NCBI GenBank assembly: GCA_902628045.1
Contig: CACOLU010000004.1
Span: 8,665 to 72,664 of the forward strand
Direction: 5' to 3'
DNA length: 64,000 bases
Origin: an uncultured Candidatus Actinomarina sp.
GTDB taxonomy: Bacteria; Actinomycetota; Acidimicrobiia; Actinomarinales; Actinomarinaceae
Shown here: one piece after another, positions 9,202 to 19,680 of the stretch
Layout: each line of letters opens with the position of its first letter
Numbering within the stretch: the stretch's first letter is position 1
Notes under the pieces: model-generated
The model's input: the letters and a program-made list of their open reading frames with translations, nothing else
Database searches by the model: none
Told to the model about the DNA's origin: nothing
Position numbers and translations under genes: made by a program

Positions 9202-10467
9202 ATGACTGAAATTGAAAATAAAATTACTAATTTACTTAATCCAACTCAAAACTATGTTGTTGCATTAAGTGGGGGTGTTGATAGCTCAGTACTGCTGCAT
9301 ATAGTGAATTCTTACACATCAAATGTCAGGAGTGTTTTTGTTAATCACAATCAGAAAGATTCTGATAAACTTCAAAAATCAGCTGAGAGTTTTGCTAGAG
9401 ATTTAGGTATTGATCATTTGAATGTAGATACTCAATTAGATTCTGATTCGTCAGAAACAAAAATGAGAGATGCAAGGTACGAAGCATTGTTTGATAACAT
9501 GCAACAAGATGAAATTCTTCTACTGGGACATCATAATGATGATAGAGTAGAAACTTTTATGATAAATTTGTTCAGAGGGACAAGACTTAAAGGCTTACTA
9601 TCTATAAAACAAGAAACAAAAAGTATTTTAAGACCACTAATTGATATTAAAAAGTCTTCAATCATTAAATATGCACAGGATAAAAAAATAAATTTTTTAG
9701 AAGACTCAACAAATAAAGACAACTCAATTTTACGGAATTGGTTAAGGAATGAAATTATTCCAAGCATTGAAAAGAATTTCAAAGGAGATTTAAATAACAA
9801 AATACAAGGTTTAATTTATGAAATAGATGAATTAACAAAAGTCGATAAAAACCTAATTTCGTATATCAAAACTGCAAAAGGATATGTAGAAGTTCCAATT
9901 TCACTCATTGATAAGGACAACTCAGCCTCTTATTATTTGTTGTCAACAATATCTCAACATATTGGACAAAGAGGATTACAAAATTCCGATATAAAAAAAA
10001 TATTTTCTGTCATTGAAAAAAATATCAGGAAAAGTTTTTTTGAAAATTGGGAAGTTTCAACACAAAGTGGACTTCTTATTTTTGTGAATAAAGAAAAATG
10101 GACAGGCAGTGCAATTTTGCTGGAACCAAGAGGCTATTTTAATTTCGAAAAATATGATTCTATCGACACTTCGAATAATTGGTCTATATCACTACCAAAA
10201 TACTTAGAAAATGAAATTTATTTTAGTGAAATTTTTGATGGAGATTTATTTAAAATTGGTAGTCACACCCAAAAAGCTTCTGAAATATTCCGTTCATATG
10301 GAATTAATAAGTCACTAAGAGAAGTTTGGCCAGTTCTTAAACTTAAAGACACTATTCTATGGATACCTGGAATAAGAAAATCTAATGAAGGAAATTGGTT
10401 GGAAACACAAAAAGATAAATTTATAATAAGTGCTTCTACAGAAAAGAGTAATATTGAAAATTTCTAA
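9202..10467 (+). CDS. tilS: tRNA(Ile)-lysidine synthetase
   Basis: PP-loop SGGVDS motif (ALSGGVDSSVLLHIV); tilS-hpt-ftsH synteny. Confidence 0.85.
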   Translation: MTEIENKITNLLNPTQNYVVALSGGVDSSVLLHIVNSYTSNVRSVFVNHNQKDSDKLQKSAESFARDLGIDHLNVDTQLDSDSSETKMRDARYEALFDNMQQDEILLLGHHNDDRVETFMINLFRGTRLKGLLSIKQETKSILRPLIDIKKSSIIKYAQDKKINFLEDSTNKDNSILRNWLRNEIIPSIEKNFKGDLNNKIQGLIYEIDELTKVDKNLISYIKTAKGYVEVPISLIDKDNSASYYLLSTISQHIGQRGLQNSDIKKIFSVIEKNIRKSFFENWEVSTQSGLLIFVNKEKWTGSAILLEPRGYFNFEKYDSIDTSNNWSISLPKYLENEIYFSEIFDGDLFKIGSHTQKASEIFRSYGINKSLREVWPVLKLKDTILWIPGIRKSNEGNWLETQKDKFIISASTEKSNIENF

Positions 10468-10966
10468 AACTTTAATATCACAAAAAGAAATTGAAAATAA
10501 AATTGCAGAAATTGCAGATTTAATTAACAGTAAATATAAAGGCGAAGAGCTTGTAGTTGTGGGTATTTTAAAGGGTGCTTTTATAGTTGTAAGCGACCTT
10601 GCAAAGCAGCTTGATATTGATGTAACTTTCGACTTCATGAGTATAAAGTCTTATTATGGATCTGAATCTTCTGGACAAATTAAGATTGTTAAAGATTTAG
10701 AGTACGATATTTCTAACAAAAATGTTTTGATTGTAGAAGACATCTACGATACAGGATTAACCCTATCAAACTTAAAAAAATTACTTGAATCTAGAAATCC
10801 TAAAACTATTGAAATTTTTTGCATGTTTGTTAAAAAAGGAGTTTCAAAAGACCCTACGGAAATTGACTATAGTGGATTTGAAATTGGATCTGACTTTGTG
10901 GTGGGTTATGGGCTTGATTACAACGGCAAATATAGAGAATTGCCATACTTGGCCGTTCTCTCCTGA
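10430..10966 (+). CDS. hpt: Hypoxanthine-guanine phosphoribosyltransferase
   Basis: PRPP-binding motif VLIVEDIYDTGLTL; 178 aa; start may be the downstream TTG (overlaps tilS end). Confidence 0.85.
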   Translation: MLLQKRVILKISKTLISQKEIENKIAEIADLINSKYKGEELVVVGILKGAFIVVSDLAKQLDIDVTFDFMSIKSYYGSESSGQIKIVKDLEYDISNKNVLIVEDIYDTGLTLSNLKKLLESRNPKTIEIFCMFVKKGVSKDPTEIDYSGFEIGSDFVVGYGLDYNGKYRELPYLAVLS

Positions 10967-11009
10967 ATGACAGTATTGCTTTTAAACCCAAGAGTATTAA
11001 ATTAATAAC

Positions 11010-12875
11010 ATGGATAAGAAAAAAGAAATTAATAAAAAAAATAACAACAAATCATTTTTTATGTACTTTGCTTTAGGTCTTCTTATCTTTCTTGGAGTTC
11101 AACAATACAACTCAACGGTCAACGCACCTGAAAGCAAATCTTTTACTATGTTTAAAAATGAAATTACCTCCGGCTCAGTAGTAGAAGCCACAATAAAAGA
11201 GCAATCAAATATGGTTGAATTCAAAATATCAAATGATGAAACCCTATATCAAACAGAATATCCAGAGGGTTTTGAAGGAGAAGTATTTCAACTTTTAGTA
11301 GATCAAGATATAGTTTTAAATACAGATACAGAGCCTGCAGGGTTCCAGGATTATATTTTTGCTTTTTTACCTTGGCTATTTCTTGCAGCATTTATGTTTT
11401 ACATGTTTTCTCAAGTTAGATCAAACGGAAACCAGATTATGCAATTTGGTAAATCTAAAGCAAAGGAGCTCGACGAAGAAGCACCAAAAGTTACATTTCA
11501 AGATGTAGCAGGTGTCGAAGAAGCTAAAGAAGAGCTAGAAGAGATTAAAGAGTTTTTGAAATCTCCAGAAAAATTTAACAAACTGGGAGCAAAAATTCCA
11601 AAAGGAGTTTTACTTGTTGGTCCTCCAGGAACAGGTAAGACATTACTTGCAAAAGCAGTTGCTGGAGAAGCTAGTGTTCCATTCTTTAGTATTTCAGGAT
11701 CTGATTTTGTTGAGATGTTTGTCGGTGTTGGAGCTAGTAGGGTTAGAGATTTGTTTAAAAAAGCAAAAGAATCATCTCCAGCAATCATCTTTATAGATGA
11801 AATTGATGCAGTTGGAAGAATGAGAGGAGCAGGTCTTGGTGGAGGGCACGATGAAAGAGAACAAACTTTAAATCAATTACTTGTTGAAATGGATGGTTTT
11901 GAAGCTAACCAAGGCGTAATACTAATGGCAGCCACAAACAGGCCCGATGTTCTTGATCCAGCTTTATTAAGACCAGGAAGGTTTGACCGACAGGTTATAG
12001 TTGGCAGGCCTGATTTGGCAGGTAGAACTCAAATACTAAAAGTTCATTCTAAAGATAAACCGTTGGCAAAAAATGTTAACTTTGAGACTTTGGCAAAACA
12101 AACTCCGGGATTTACTGGTGCCGATCTTGCCAACCTATTAAACGAAGCAGCTTTATTAGCTGCAAGAAAAAATAAAAAAACTATTGGTATTACAGATATC
12201 GAAAATTCAATTGATAGAGTTATGGCTGGTCCTGAAAAGAAAAGCCAAGTTATGACTGAAGAAGAAAAATTAATTATTGCTTATCACGAGACAGGCCATG
12301 CTTTAGTTGGGTGGGCACTTCCAAATGCAGATCCAATTCACAAAGTTACCATTATTCCAAGGGGTAGAGCACTTGGTTATACTCAGGCTCTGCCAGATAG
12401 TGAGAAGTACCTCTCCTCTAAGGCCGAGTTAAAAGACAGACTCGCAATGCTAATGGGAGGAAGGGTTGCTGAAGAATTAATTTTTGCAGATCCAACTACC
12501 GGAGCATCAAACGACATTGAAAAAGCAACTGATATTGCAAGAAGAATGGTTATGGAGTTTGGCATGAGTGAAAAGCTTGGACCGATGCTTTATGGCAAAG
12601 GTTCAAACGAAGTTTTCCTTGGTAGAGATTATGGAAGACAGCAAGATTACTCTGACGAAGTTGCTTCATCCATAGATGACGAGGTTAGAAATCTACTCAA
12701 TGATGCGCACATTATTGCTGGGAAAATATTAAAGAAGTTTAAAAAACAAATGGACGCAATGGTAAATTTATTAATGGAAAAAGAAACTATTAACAAAGAC
12801 GAAGTAGCTGCAGTATTTAAAAATATCAAAAAAGTAAAAATTCAAGGTACTGGCAAAAGCTTAAGGCTTGCCTGA
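11010..12875 (+). CDS. ftsH: ATP-dependent zinc metalloprotease FtsH
   Basis: Walker [12 protein letters not shown], zinc motif HETGHAL; 621 aa. Confidence 0.95.
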   Translation: MDKKKEINKKNNNKSFFMYFALGLLIFLGVQQYNSTVNAPESKSFTMFKNEITSGSVVEATIKEQSNMVEFKISNDETLYQTEYPEGFEGEVFQLLVDQDIVLNTDTEPAGFQDYIFAFLPWLFLAAFMFYMFSQVRSNGNQIMQFGKSKAKELDEEAPKVTFQDVAGVEEAKEELEEIKEFLKSPEKFNKLGAKIPKGVLLVGPPGTGKTLLAKAVAGEASVPFFSISGSDFVEMFVGVGASRVRDLFKKAKESSPAIIFIDEIDAVGRMRGAGLGGGHDEREQTLNQLLVEMDGFEANQGVILMAATNRPDVLDPALLRPGRFDRQVIVGRPDLAGRTQILKVHSKDKPLAKNVNFETLAKQTPGFTGADLANLLNEAALLAARKNKKTIGITDIENSIDRVMAGPEKKSQVMTEEEKLIIAYHETGHALVGWALPNADPIHKVTIIPRGRALGYTQALPDSEKYLSSKAELKDRLAMLMGGRVAEELIFADPTTGASNDIEKATDIARRMVMEFGMSEKLGPMLYGKGSNEVFLGRDYGRQQDYSDEVASSIDDEVRNLLNDAHIIAGKILKKFKKQMDAMVNLLMEKETINKDEVAAVFKNIKKVKIQGTGKSLRLA

Positions 12876-13435
12876 TGAGCAAACTTCAAACAAATCTGAT
12901 TCAGGCTCAAGAATCATTGGCATCCTTTTTAAAAGAAACAACTAATAAAAGCGATGAAGAAATTAAAAATTTATCTATTAAGTTTTTGGATCAAGTTCAA
13001 AAGAAATTAACTAATAAAATTGATAATGTGCTTATTTTGGCATCTCTTAAAGAAGTAAAACACAATCAGCCGATTTACATAAATGGAATTTCATATATCA
13101 GTTTGTGTGAACATCATATGATGCCATTTCATGGCTCAGTAAGTATTGCTGTCTTCCCAAAGAAAAAAATATTGGGAATTTCAAAGTTCAGTGATCTTGT
13201 AGGTCATTTTTCTAATGACTTAACATTACAAGAAAAGTTAACTGAAAAAATTGCCTCGTTCATACATGAAACTCTAGATGCTGATGGTGTATTTATTAAA
13301 ATGACTGCAAAACATCTATGCTCTGATTTATTAAACTCTCAAAATTCATCGGAGGAAGTCATAACAACATACTCAACGGGAGTGTATGAATTAGACTTTT
13401 CTTTAAGAAACGAAGCACTTTTAAACTTTTCTTAA
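12875..13435 (+). CDS. folE: GTP cyclohydrolase I
   Basis: CEHHMMPFHG active-site motif. Confidence 0.9.
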   Translation: MSKLQTNLIQAQESLASFLKETTNKSDEEIKNLSIKFLDQVQKKLTNKIDNVLILASLKEVKHNQPIYINGISYISLCEHHMMPFHGSVSIAVFPKKKILGISKFSDLVGHFSNDLTLQEKLTEKIASFIHETLDADGVFIKMTAKHLCSDLLNSQNSSEEVITTYSTGVYELDFSLRNEALLNFS

Positions 13436-13437
13436 AA

Positions 13438-14181
13438 TTGACCGATTGGAATAGTCTTTTAAGTTCAGTTAACCAAAAAGTAATTGGAATTATTAATTCA
13501 ACAAAAGATTCATTTAGTGGTGATGGTGTATTTGAAAACAATGAGAAACTGGGATTTTTAATAAAAACGGCAGAAGAAAAGGAAATAAAAATTCTCGATG
13601 TTGGTGGAGTTTCAACTAAACCAGGCTTTGAAGAAGTAAGTTATAAACAAGAATTGAGAAGACTTAATTTTTTTGTTTCTAATTATTTTGGAAAATCTAA
13701 ATTATCCGTTGATACGATGAATTATAAGATTGCCAGATATGCATTAGAGAATAATTTTGAAATTATTAATGATGTCAGTGGTTTCAATGATTTAAAAATG
13801 ATTGAATTAATTGTTGAAAAAGATCCAAAGATTATTCTTGTTCATAGTCACCCAAATTCATCTGATATTCAAGAAAAGATGCATTACAAAGATGTAGTAA
13901 AAGAAGTAAGAGATCATTTAGAAGAAAAAATAGAAAATTTAATTTCTCATGGAGTAAATAAAAACAAAATTTCTATTGATCCAGGATTAGGATTTGGCAA
14001 ATCAATGGAGGACTCTCAAAAATTATTTAAAAATTTAGAACACTTTTGCTGGGGGTTTCCATTAATTGTGGGTTATTCAAAGAAAAAATTTGCTCAAAAT
14101 TTAGAGATGAATGATGAAGAACTTTATAACCATTGTATAGACTCTGGTGTTTCTTTGGTCAGGCTGCACATAGCTTCTTAG
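13438..14181 (+). CDS. folP: Dihydropteroate synthase
   Basis: Pterin-binding domain pattern (GIINSTKDSFSGDG, DVGGVSTKPG, DPGLGFGK); TTG start. Confidence 0.85.
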   Translation: MTDWNSLLSSVNQKVIGIINSTKDSFSGDGVFENNEKLGFLIKTAEEKEIKILDVGGVSTKPGFEEVSYKQELRRLNFFVSNYFGKSKLSVDTMNYKIARYALENNFEIINDVSGFNDLKMIELIVEKDPKIILVHSHPNSSDIQEKMHYKDVVKEVRDHLEEKIENLISHGVNKNKISIDPGLGFGKSMEDSQKLFKNLEHFCWGFPLIVGYSKKKFAQNLEMNDEELYNHCIDSGVSLVRLHIAS

Positions 14182-14220
14182 TTTTATATTTAAGCTAATA
14201 TGTAATTTACGGAGGTTACA

Positions 14221-14691
14221 ATGGCTGGTTTAAAACCCAATGATTTTCATTGGATAATTGAAGGAAAACTAGCTGTTTCAGAATGCATTGGTGGCGGAGG
14301 TCTTACTCCTCGTAAAATAAGGAGGGAAGAAGAAATTCAGTGGCTAAAAGGACAGGGTATTAATGCAATTTTCTCCCTACTTGATTCAGACTTTAATCTT
14401 AAAAACTATCAAGAAGTAGGTTTTAGAACTTATCACTATCCACTTAATGATGACATTCCAAAAGAGTCCCTAAATGTAATTTTTGATGCAATTAAAGAAG
14501 CTTTATCAGACAAGGATCGAAAGCTTCTAATACATCGAGAATTATTAGATGAACAAGTTCCTGGAATTCTCGCTGGTTATTTAATTTACTCCAAGCTTCT
14601 GGACGATCCTATTTTGGCAAGAACCATACTAGAAAAAATACTAGAAAAACCACTTTCACCTAAAGCCATAGCTCTTATTCCTACAATTTAA
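14221..14691 (+). CDS. Phosphatase-fold (dual-specificity/tyrosine-phosphatase-like) protein lacking the canonical CX5R loop; inserted between folP and folB
   Basis: DSP-like layout (KLAVSE..., GINAIFSLLD, YHYPLNDDIP, then LLIHRELLDEQVPGILAGYLIY where HCxxGxxR would be); strong SD GGAGG 7 nt upstream of the ATG. Confidence 0.5.
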   Translation: MAGLKPNDFHWIIEGKLAVSECIGGGGLTPRKIRREEEIQWLKGQGINAIFSLLDSDFNLKNYQEVGFRTYHYPLNDDIPKESLNVIFDAIKEALSDKDRKLLIHRELLDEQVPGILAGYLIYSKLLDDPILARTILEKILEKPLSPKAIALIPTI

Positions 14692-14694
14692 ATA

Positions 14695-15063
14695 ATGTCA
14701 TTTGACATAAATATTTCTAAAATTAAGTGTTCTGGAAAACATGGAATTTATAATCACGAAAAACAAAACGATCAAGAATTTTTGGTAGACATTCATATTA
14801 ATAGTTCTGATTTTTCTGAAGACGATATTAACAAAACACTTAATTATGAGGAAATTGTTGATTTAGTTATAAAAATCGTAAGCACAGAAAGTTATGATTT
14901 AATCGAAACTTTGGCAAAACATATTTCTGAGCAAATTGTACTTAAATATGCAGTAATCGAAGCTACGTTACAAAAAATTAAGGTCACAGTTTATAAACCC
15001 AATACTATTTTAAAAGATATGACAGATGGCATTTCAGTTTCTTATTGTGAAGAATTCAAATAG
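14695..15063 (+). CDS. folB: Dihydroneopterin aldolase
   Basis: 122 aa, FolB-like pattern and position between folP and folK. Confidence 0.8.
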   Translation: MSFDINISKIKCSGKHGIYNHEKQNDQEFLVDIHINSSDFSEDDINKTLNYEEIVDLVIKIVSTESYDLIETLAKHISEQIVLKYAVIEATLQKIKVTVYKPNTILKDMTDGISVSYCEEFK

Positions 15064-15520
15064 TATTTTTCTTTCTTTGGGATCAAATATTGGTGATAAA
15101 AAAAATAATTTAACTGATGCTGTCAGGTTCATTTCTAATTTTGCCAAAATACTTAAAATTTCATCAGTCTATAAAACGGAACCATTACTTTATAAAGAAC
15201 AAGATGATTTTTTCAATATTGTTATTGAAATCGATTATCAAAGAACAGCTAGAAATTTACTGTCAAAAATTAAAGATGTAGAAACCCAAATGGGGAGAAA
15301 AGATAATTTTAGATACGGACCAAGATTGATAGATATAGATATTATATTTTTTAAAGGTGAAGAGATTGATGAAGAAGATTTAATTATCCCTCATTATGAT
15401 TGGCAAAATAGACTTTTTGTTGTAGAGCCTTTATACGAGGTTTTAAATAAGCCTTTAGACAAATCTAGTTTTAAAATTTTTGATCAAAAAATAACTAATA
15501 TTGGTAAAATTAAAACTTAA
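15026..15520 (+). CDS. folK: 6-hydroxymethyl-7,8-dihydropterin pyrophosphokinase
   Basis: HPPK motifs FLSLGSNIGD and GPRLIDIDI; true start may lie slightly downstream of 15026 (overlap with folB). Confidence 0.85.
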   Translation: MAFQFLIVKNSNSIFLSLGSNIGDKKNNLTDAVRFISNFAKILKISSVYKTEPLLYKEQDDFFNIVIEIDYQRTARNLLSKIKDVETQMGRKDNFRYGPRLIDIDIIFFKGEEIDEEDLIIPHYDWQNRLFVVEPLYEVLNKPLDKSSFKIFDQKITNIGKIKT

Positions 15521-15547
15521 GTACGGGCACCATTTTAGGGCACGATA

Positions 15548-16366
15548 ATGACAAAAGTTATAACTACAATTAACGAAGACATCCTGTCTGAAAACATTTG
15601 TTTTATTCCCACAATGGGAGCAATACATGAAGGTCACCTATCACTTGTAGATATTGGAAAAGAAACAAATTTAAAAACGTTGGTATCCATATTTCTTAAT
15701 AGAAGACAATTCAACAATGATGATGATTTCAAAAATTATCCTATAGAGCTTGAACAAGATATTCAATATTTGAAAAGTAGGGGTGTTGATTACATTTTTC
15801 TGCCCCAGGAAAGCTACATTTACCCTAGTTTTGGGGTCACTTCTATTGTTCCTAGTAAAGCAGGATCTATTCTTGAGGGAGCTTCAAGGCCTGGCCATTT
15901 CGAAGGAGTTTTAACTGTTGTAAATAGACTGTTTAATTTAGTAAAGCCTAGCCATGCTGTGTTTGGGAAAAAAGATGCACAACAATTATTTTTAATTAAA
16001 GACATGGTTAATCGATTTGATTTAAATATTGAAATAATAGAGGGCGAAATTTTTCGAGATATAAATGGCCTTGCTTTGAGTAGCCGAAACAAGCATTTAT
16101 CGCACGATGCTAAATTAAATGCAGCAAATATTTTTAAATCTTTGCAAAAAGTGGCTAAAGAAATAAATTTAGGTAAAAGTTTTGAAGAATCCATTGAATT
16201 AGGAGTTAATTTAATTAGTCAAAATGAAATAGATTTGGACTATCTTGCAATAGTGGATGAAGAAAATTTTAATTATCCAAATAAATACTCAAAGAAATTA
16301 AAGTTATTAATTGCAGCTTATGTTGAAGATGTAAGGTTGATAGACAACGTTGATATAGAAATATGA
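15548..16366 (+). CDS. panC: Pantoate--beta-alanine ligase
   Basis: FIPTMGAIHEGHLSLV (HIGH-like) and FGKKDAQQ motifs. Confidence 0.9.
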   Translation: MTKVITTINEDILSENICFIPTMGAIHEGHLSLVDIGKETNLKTLVSIFLNRRQFNNDDDFKNYPIELEQDIQYLKSRGVDYIFLPQESYIYPSFGVTSIVPSKAGSILEGASRPGHFEGVLTVVNRLFNLVKPSHAVFGKKDAQQLFLIKDMVNRFDLNIEIIEGEIFRDINGLALSSRNKHLSHDAKLNAANIFKSLQKVAKEINLGKSFEESIELGVNLISQNEIDLDYLAIVDEENFNYPNKYSKKLKLLIAAYVEDVRLIDNVDIEI

Positions 16367-17130
16367 AAAAAATAATAGCTATAGATATTGGAAATACTGA
16401 AACAACAGTTGGAATTGGGAATAAGGATAGCTGGGATTCTTATAGGTTTACTACTAGAGATGCAAATACTCCAGACGAATTGTTAGCACTTTTTAACTCT
16501 ACTTTTAATCTAATAGATAATAGAAAAAATGAGTTAGCAGGTTCAATAATCTGTTCAGTTGTTCCTCAGGTAACTAATAATATGGTTCAAGCAATTGAGA
16601 AATATTTAGATTTCCCTCCTATTGTTGTGGGTCCTGGTATTAAAACTGGTTTAAAAGTAAATATTGATAATCCAAAAGAATTAGGACCTGACAGAATAGC
16701 AAATTCAGTAGCTGGTTATAAAATTGCCAAGTCAGATGTAGTAATAATTGATTTGGGTACAGCAACTACTTTTGATGTTGTAAATAATAAAAAAGAGTAT
16801 CTAGGCGGAGCTATTGCACCAGGTATAAAGATTAGCCTAGACGCTTTAACATCAAAGACAGCTTCTTTGAAATCTGTTGAATTAGACCTTCCAAAAAAAG
16901 TTGTAGGTAAAAATACTTATGAAGCTATTCAGAGCGGATTAATTTTTGGGCATGCATCTATGATAGATTCTATGATTGAGAGACTTTTGCAAGAATTGGG
17001 TACAAAACCAAAAATTATTATAACTGGAGGGTTAAGTCCAATTATTCAGCCTGCGCTCAATTTAAATGCACAGTACGAAGAAGATTTAACATTAGTTGGG
17101 TTAGAAGAAATATTTAACTTAAATAATTAA
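16363..17130 (+). CDS. coaX: Type III pantothenate kinase
   Basis: ASKHA-fold motifs IAIDIGNT and IIDLGTATTFD; overlaps panC stop. Confidence 0.85.
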   Translation: MKKIIAIDIGNTETTVGIGNKDSWDSYRFTTRDANTPDELLALFNSTFNLIDNRKNELAGSIICSVVPQVTNNMVQAIEKYLDFPPIVVGPGIKTGLKVNIDNPKELGPDRIANSVAGYKIAKSDVVIIDLGTATTFDVVNNKKEYLGGAIAPGIKISLDALTSKTASLKSVELDLPKKVVGKNTYEAIQSGLIFGHASMIDSMIERLLQELGTKPKIIITGGLSPIIQPALNLNAQYEEDLTLVGLEEIFNLNN

Positions 17131-17139
17131 GATATAAAT

Positions 17140-18621
17140 GTGACTGAATTATCAAAATCTGAAAAAGAAATATATGACCTAAGACGTGAAAAGGTTGAAA
17201 AATTAAAAGGAACAGAGTCTTTTCCAACATACTATAAAAATGCAAGTTTTATTAACGACATTCATGCCAATCATCAAAATCTAGACAGTGGAGAACATAC
17301 AGATATAAGTGTTGCTGTGAGAGGTCGCGTATTAAGTATTAGGTCTTTTGGAAAATTAATATTCATAGACTTAAAAGACTCAACAGGCAAAATACAATTA
17401 CTTGCTTCTAAAGATGATTTAGATGAGAAATTAGAAGAACACATTGAATTAATAGACGTAGGAGACATAGTGGGTACTTCTGGAAGCATAATGAAAACAA
17501 AAAAAGGAGAGCTTTCTTTAAAAATTTCAAAGTTAATAGTTTTGAGCAAATCTTTAAGAACACTTCCTGAAAAGTGGCATGGATTGAAAGATAAAGAGAC
17601 TAGATTTAGACAAAGGTATCTTGATTTAATCGTAAATGATGAAGCAAAGAAAACTATAGATACGAGGTTTAAAGTTCTCAAATTATTAAGAGAGTTTATG
17701 GTTAGTGATGGTTTTGTTGAAGTTGAGACCCCTACACTCCAACCAAAAGCAGGAGGTGCCATTGCTAAACCTTTTTTGACACACCATAACGCAATGGGTA
17801 TTGACATGTTTCTTCGAATTGCTCCTGAGTTATATATGAAAAGATTAATTATTGGTGGTTATGAAAAAGTTTTTGAAGTTGGAAAAGTTTTTAGAAATGA
17901 AGGCATCGACCAAACACACTCACCGGAGTTCACAATGATGGAAAGTTATGAGGCTTATACAGATGTAAATGGTGTTATGGACATGGTTGAAAAAATGTGT
18001 GAGTATATATTAAGTCATTTGAATCATGATTTAAAGATAGAATTTATTGAAAAAGAAGCCGATTTTAGTTTTCCTTGGAAAAGAATAAGTATGTTTGACT
18101 ATGTAAGTGACCATTTTGATGTTGAAATCAAATATAATTCAGATTTAAAACAAATCAAAGAAGAGTTGTTAACAAAACATAAAATTGAAAATGAATCTGA
18201 AACTATAGGAATGCTAGTTTACAATTTGTTTGAAAAATACATTGAAGACAATATTGTAAATCCTACATTTGTAACAGACTATCCCAAAGAAGTCTCACCA
18301 TTCGCTAGAGAAAGTAAAGAAAAGAATGGAGTGACTGAAAGATTTGAATTATTTGCTTTTGGTAGCGAATTAGCCAATGGTTTTTCCGAACTCATTGATC
18401 CAGTTGACCAAGAAGCAAGGTTAAAAGAACAAGCACAAAAAAAAGCTGAGGGAGATGAAGAGGCACATGTAGAAGACGGCGATTACATTGAAGCTTTAGA
18501 GTATGGACTGCCTCCAACCGGCGGGCTTGGTTTTGGTGTAGATAGATTTGTAATGATGCTTACAAACAACGAATCAATTAGAGAAGTAATTGCCTTTCCA
18601 CATTTAAAACCTGAAAATTAA
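17140..18621 (+). CDS. lysS: Lysyl-tRNA synthetase (class II)
   Basis: Class II motifs (FRNEG, GLPPTGGLGFGVDRFVMML), OB-fold N-terminus; GTG start. Confidence 0.9.
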   Translation: MTELSKSEKEIYDLRREKVEKLKGTESFPTYYKNASFINDIHANHQNLDSGEHTDISVAVRGRVLSIRSFGKLIFIDLKDSTGKIQLLASKDDLDEKLEEHIELIDVGDIVGTSGSIMKTKKGELSLKISKLIVLSKSLRTLPEKWHGLKDKETRFRQRYLDLIVNDEAKKTIDTRFKVLKLLREFMVSDGFVEVETPTLQPKAGGAIAKPFLTHHNAMGIDMFLRIAPELYMKRLIIGGYEKVFEVGKVFRNEGIDQTHSPEFTMMESYEAYTDVNGVMDMVEKMCEYILSHLNHDLKIEFIEKEADFSFPWKRISMFDYVSDHFDVEIKYNSDLKQIKEELLTKHKIENESETIGMLVYNLFEKYIEDNIVNPTFVTDYPKEVSPFARESKEKNGVTERFELFAFGSELANGFSELIDPVDQEARLKEQAQKKAEGDEEAHVEDGDYIEALEYGLPPTGGLGFGVDRFVMMLTNNESIREVIAFPHLKPEN

Positions 18622-19637
18622 TTTGTTCGATTAATCAGATAATTATTTATATTTTCTAAAACTGGAAACAGTTCATGATTTTTCAATGTAAATATAGCCT
18701 TTATGCTTTCATTTAAGTACCCATTTATTATTTCTTTTGAGTCATCAATTATTTCCTTTGTAGAAAATTCATTAAGTACGTTTTTAACATCAATTTTATT
18801 TTCTTTTATTTCAGTTAAAATTTCCTGGTATTTACCTTTATCTTTATTCAACGCAATTAAGACGGGTAAAGTGTAAGTTCCTTCTAAAATATCATTACCT
18901 GCAGGTTTCCCTAATGTTTCAGAGTCAGAAGTTAAATCTAATATATCATCAGAAATTTGAAAAATTATTCCACAGTTCCAACCCCAATTGCTCAAGGCAT
19001 CAACAATCTCACTATCCGCAGCACTTGCAAGTGAACCCAATCTTGCACTTGTTCTAATAAGACTTGCAGTTTTTCCTTCAATTACTGTTAAATAATCATC
19101 AATCTTTTGATCAAGGTCAAAAGCCAAATTCAATTCTTTTGTCTGGCCTTCAACCAATTCTGCATAAGTTGAAGCCAAAAGTTTGACGGATTCTAATCCT
19201 AAACTTTCTGCTGCAAGTTCTGAAGATCTTGCAAGTAAATAATCTCCGGCAAGTATAGAAAGTGTGGAGTTCCATTTTGAATTTGAACTTTCAACACCTC
19301 TTCTTGTTGTGGCATTGTCTATTACATCGTCATGATATAAACTTCCAATATGTATAAGTTCTACACATACACCAGCATCAATAATTTTGTTAATATTTTC
19401 GATTTCATTTCCAAACTTTCCCGCAAGTGAGGTGACGATTGGTCGAAATCTTTTTCCTCCAGCGTTTATAAGATATTGAGAAATAGATGTAAGATAATCA
19501 TTTGAAGAGCTGGAAATTTCTAAAAGCCTTTTTTCCAATACATCTAAATTATCCCAAATATCATCAAATGGTATAATTTTTTTGATTTCGTTACTTTCCA
19601 TAACTAAAGAATAAAGTAAATGTATAAATAGTTGCAA
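18618..19637 (-). CDS. Polyprenyl diphosphate synthase (trans-isoprenyl, GGPPS/IspA family)
   Basis: FARM LYHDDVID and SARM ISDDILD motifs; likely true start is the internal ATG at 19611 (MESNEI...), which would shorten the TTG-initiated ORF. Confidence 0.85.
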   Translation of the reverse strand: MQLFIHLLYSLVMESNEIKKIIPFDDIWDNLDVLEKRLLEISSSSNDYLTSISQYLINAGGKRFRPIVTSLAGKFGNEIENINKIIDAGVCVELIHIGSLYHDDVIDNATTRRGVESSNSKWNSTLSILAGDYLLARSSELAAESLGLESVKLLASTYAELVEGQTKELNLAFDLDQKIDDYLTVIEGKTASLIRTSARLGSLASAADSEIVDALSNWGWNCGIIFQISDDILDLTSDSETLGKPAGNDILEGTYTLPVLIALNKDKGKYQEILTEIKENKIDVKNVLNEFSTKEIIDDSKEIINGYLNESIKAIFTLKNHELFPVLENINNYLINRTN

Positions 19638-19680
19638 TTTTCATTTAAGTGTATAAACAGACACTTGGTAATATAACAAT

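Noticed and set aside
19612-19680. Lsr2-like or other small gene in the polyprenyl-synthase/clpC divergent spacer
   Set aside because: Only about 45-70 nt of non-coding sequence, depending on the start used; no ORF fits.
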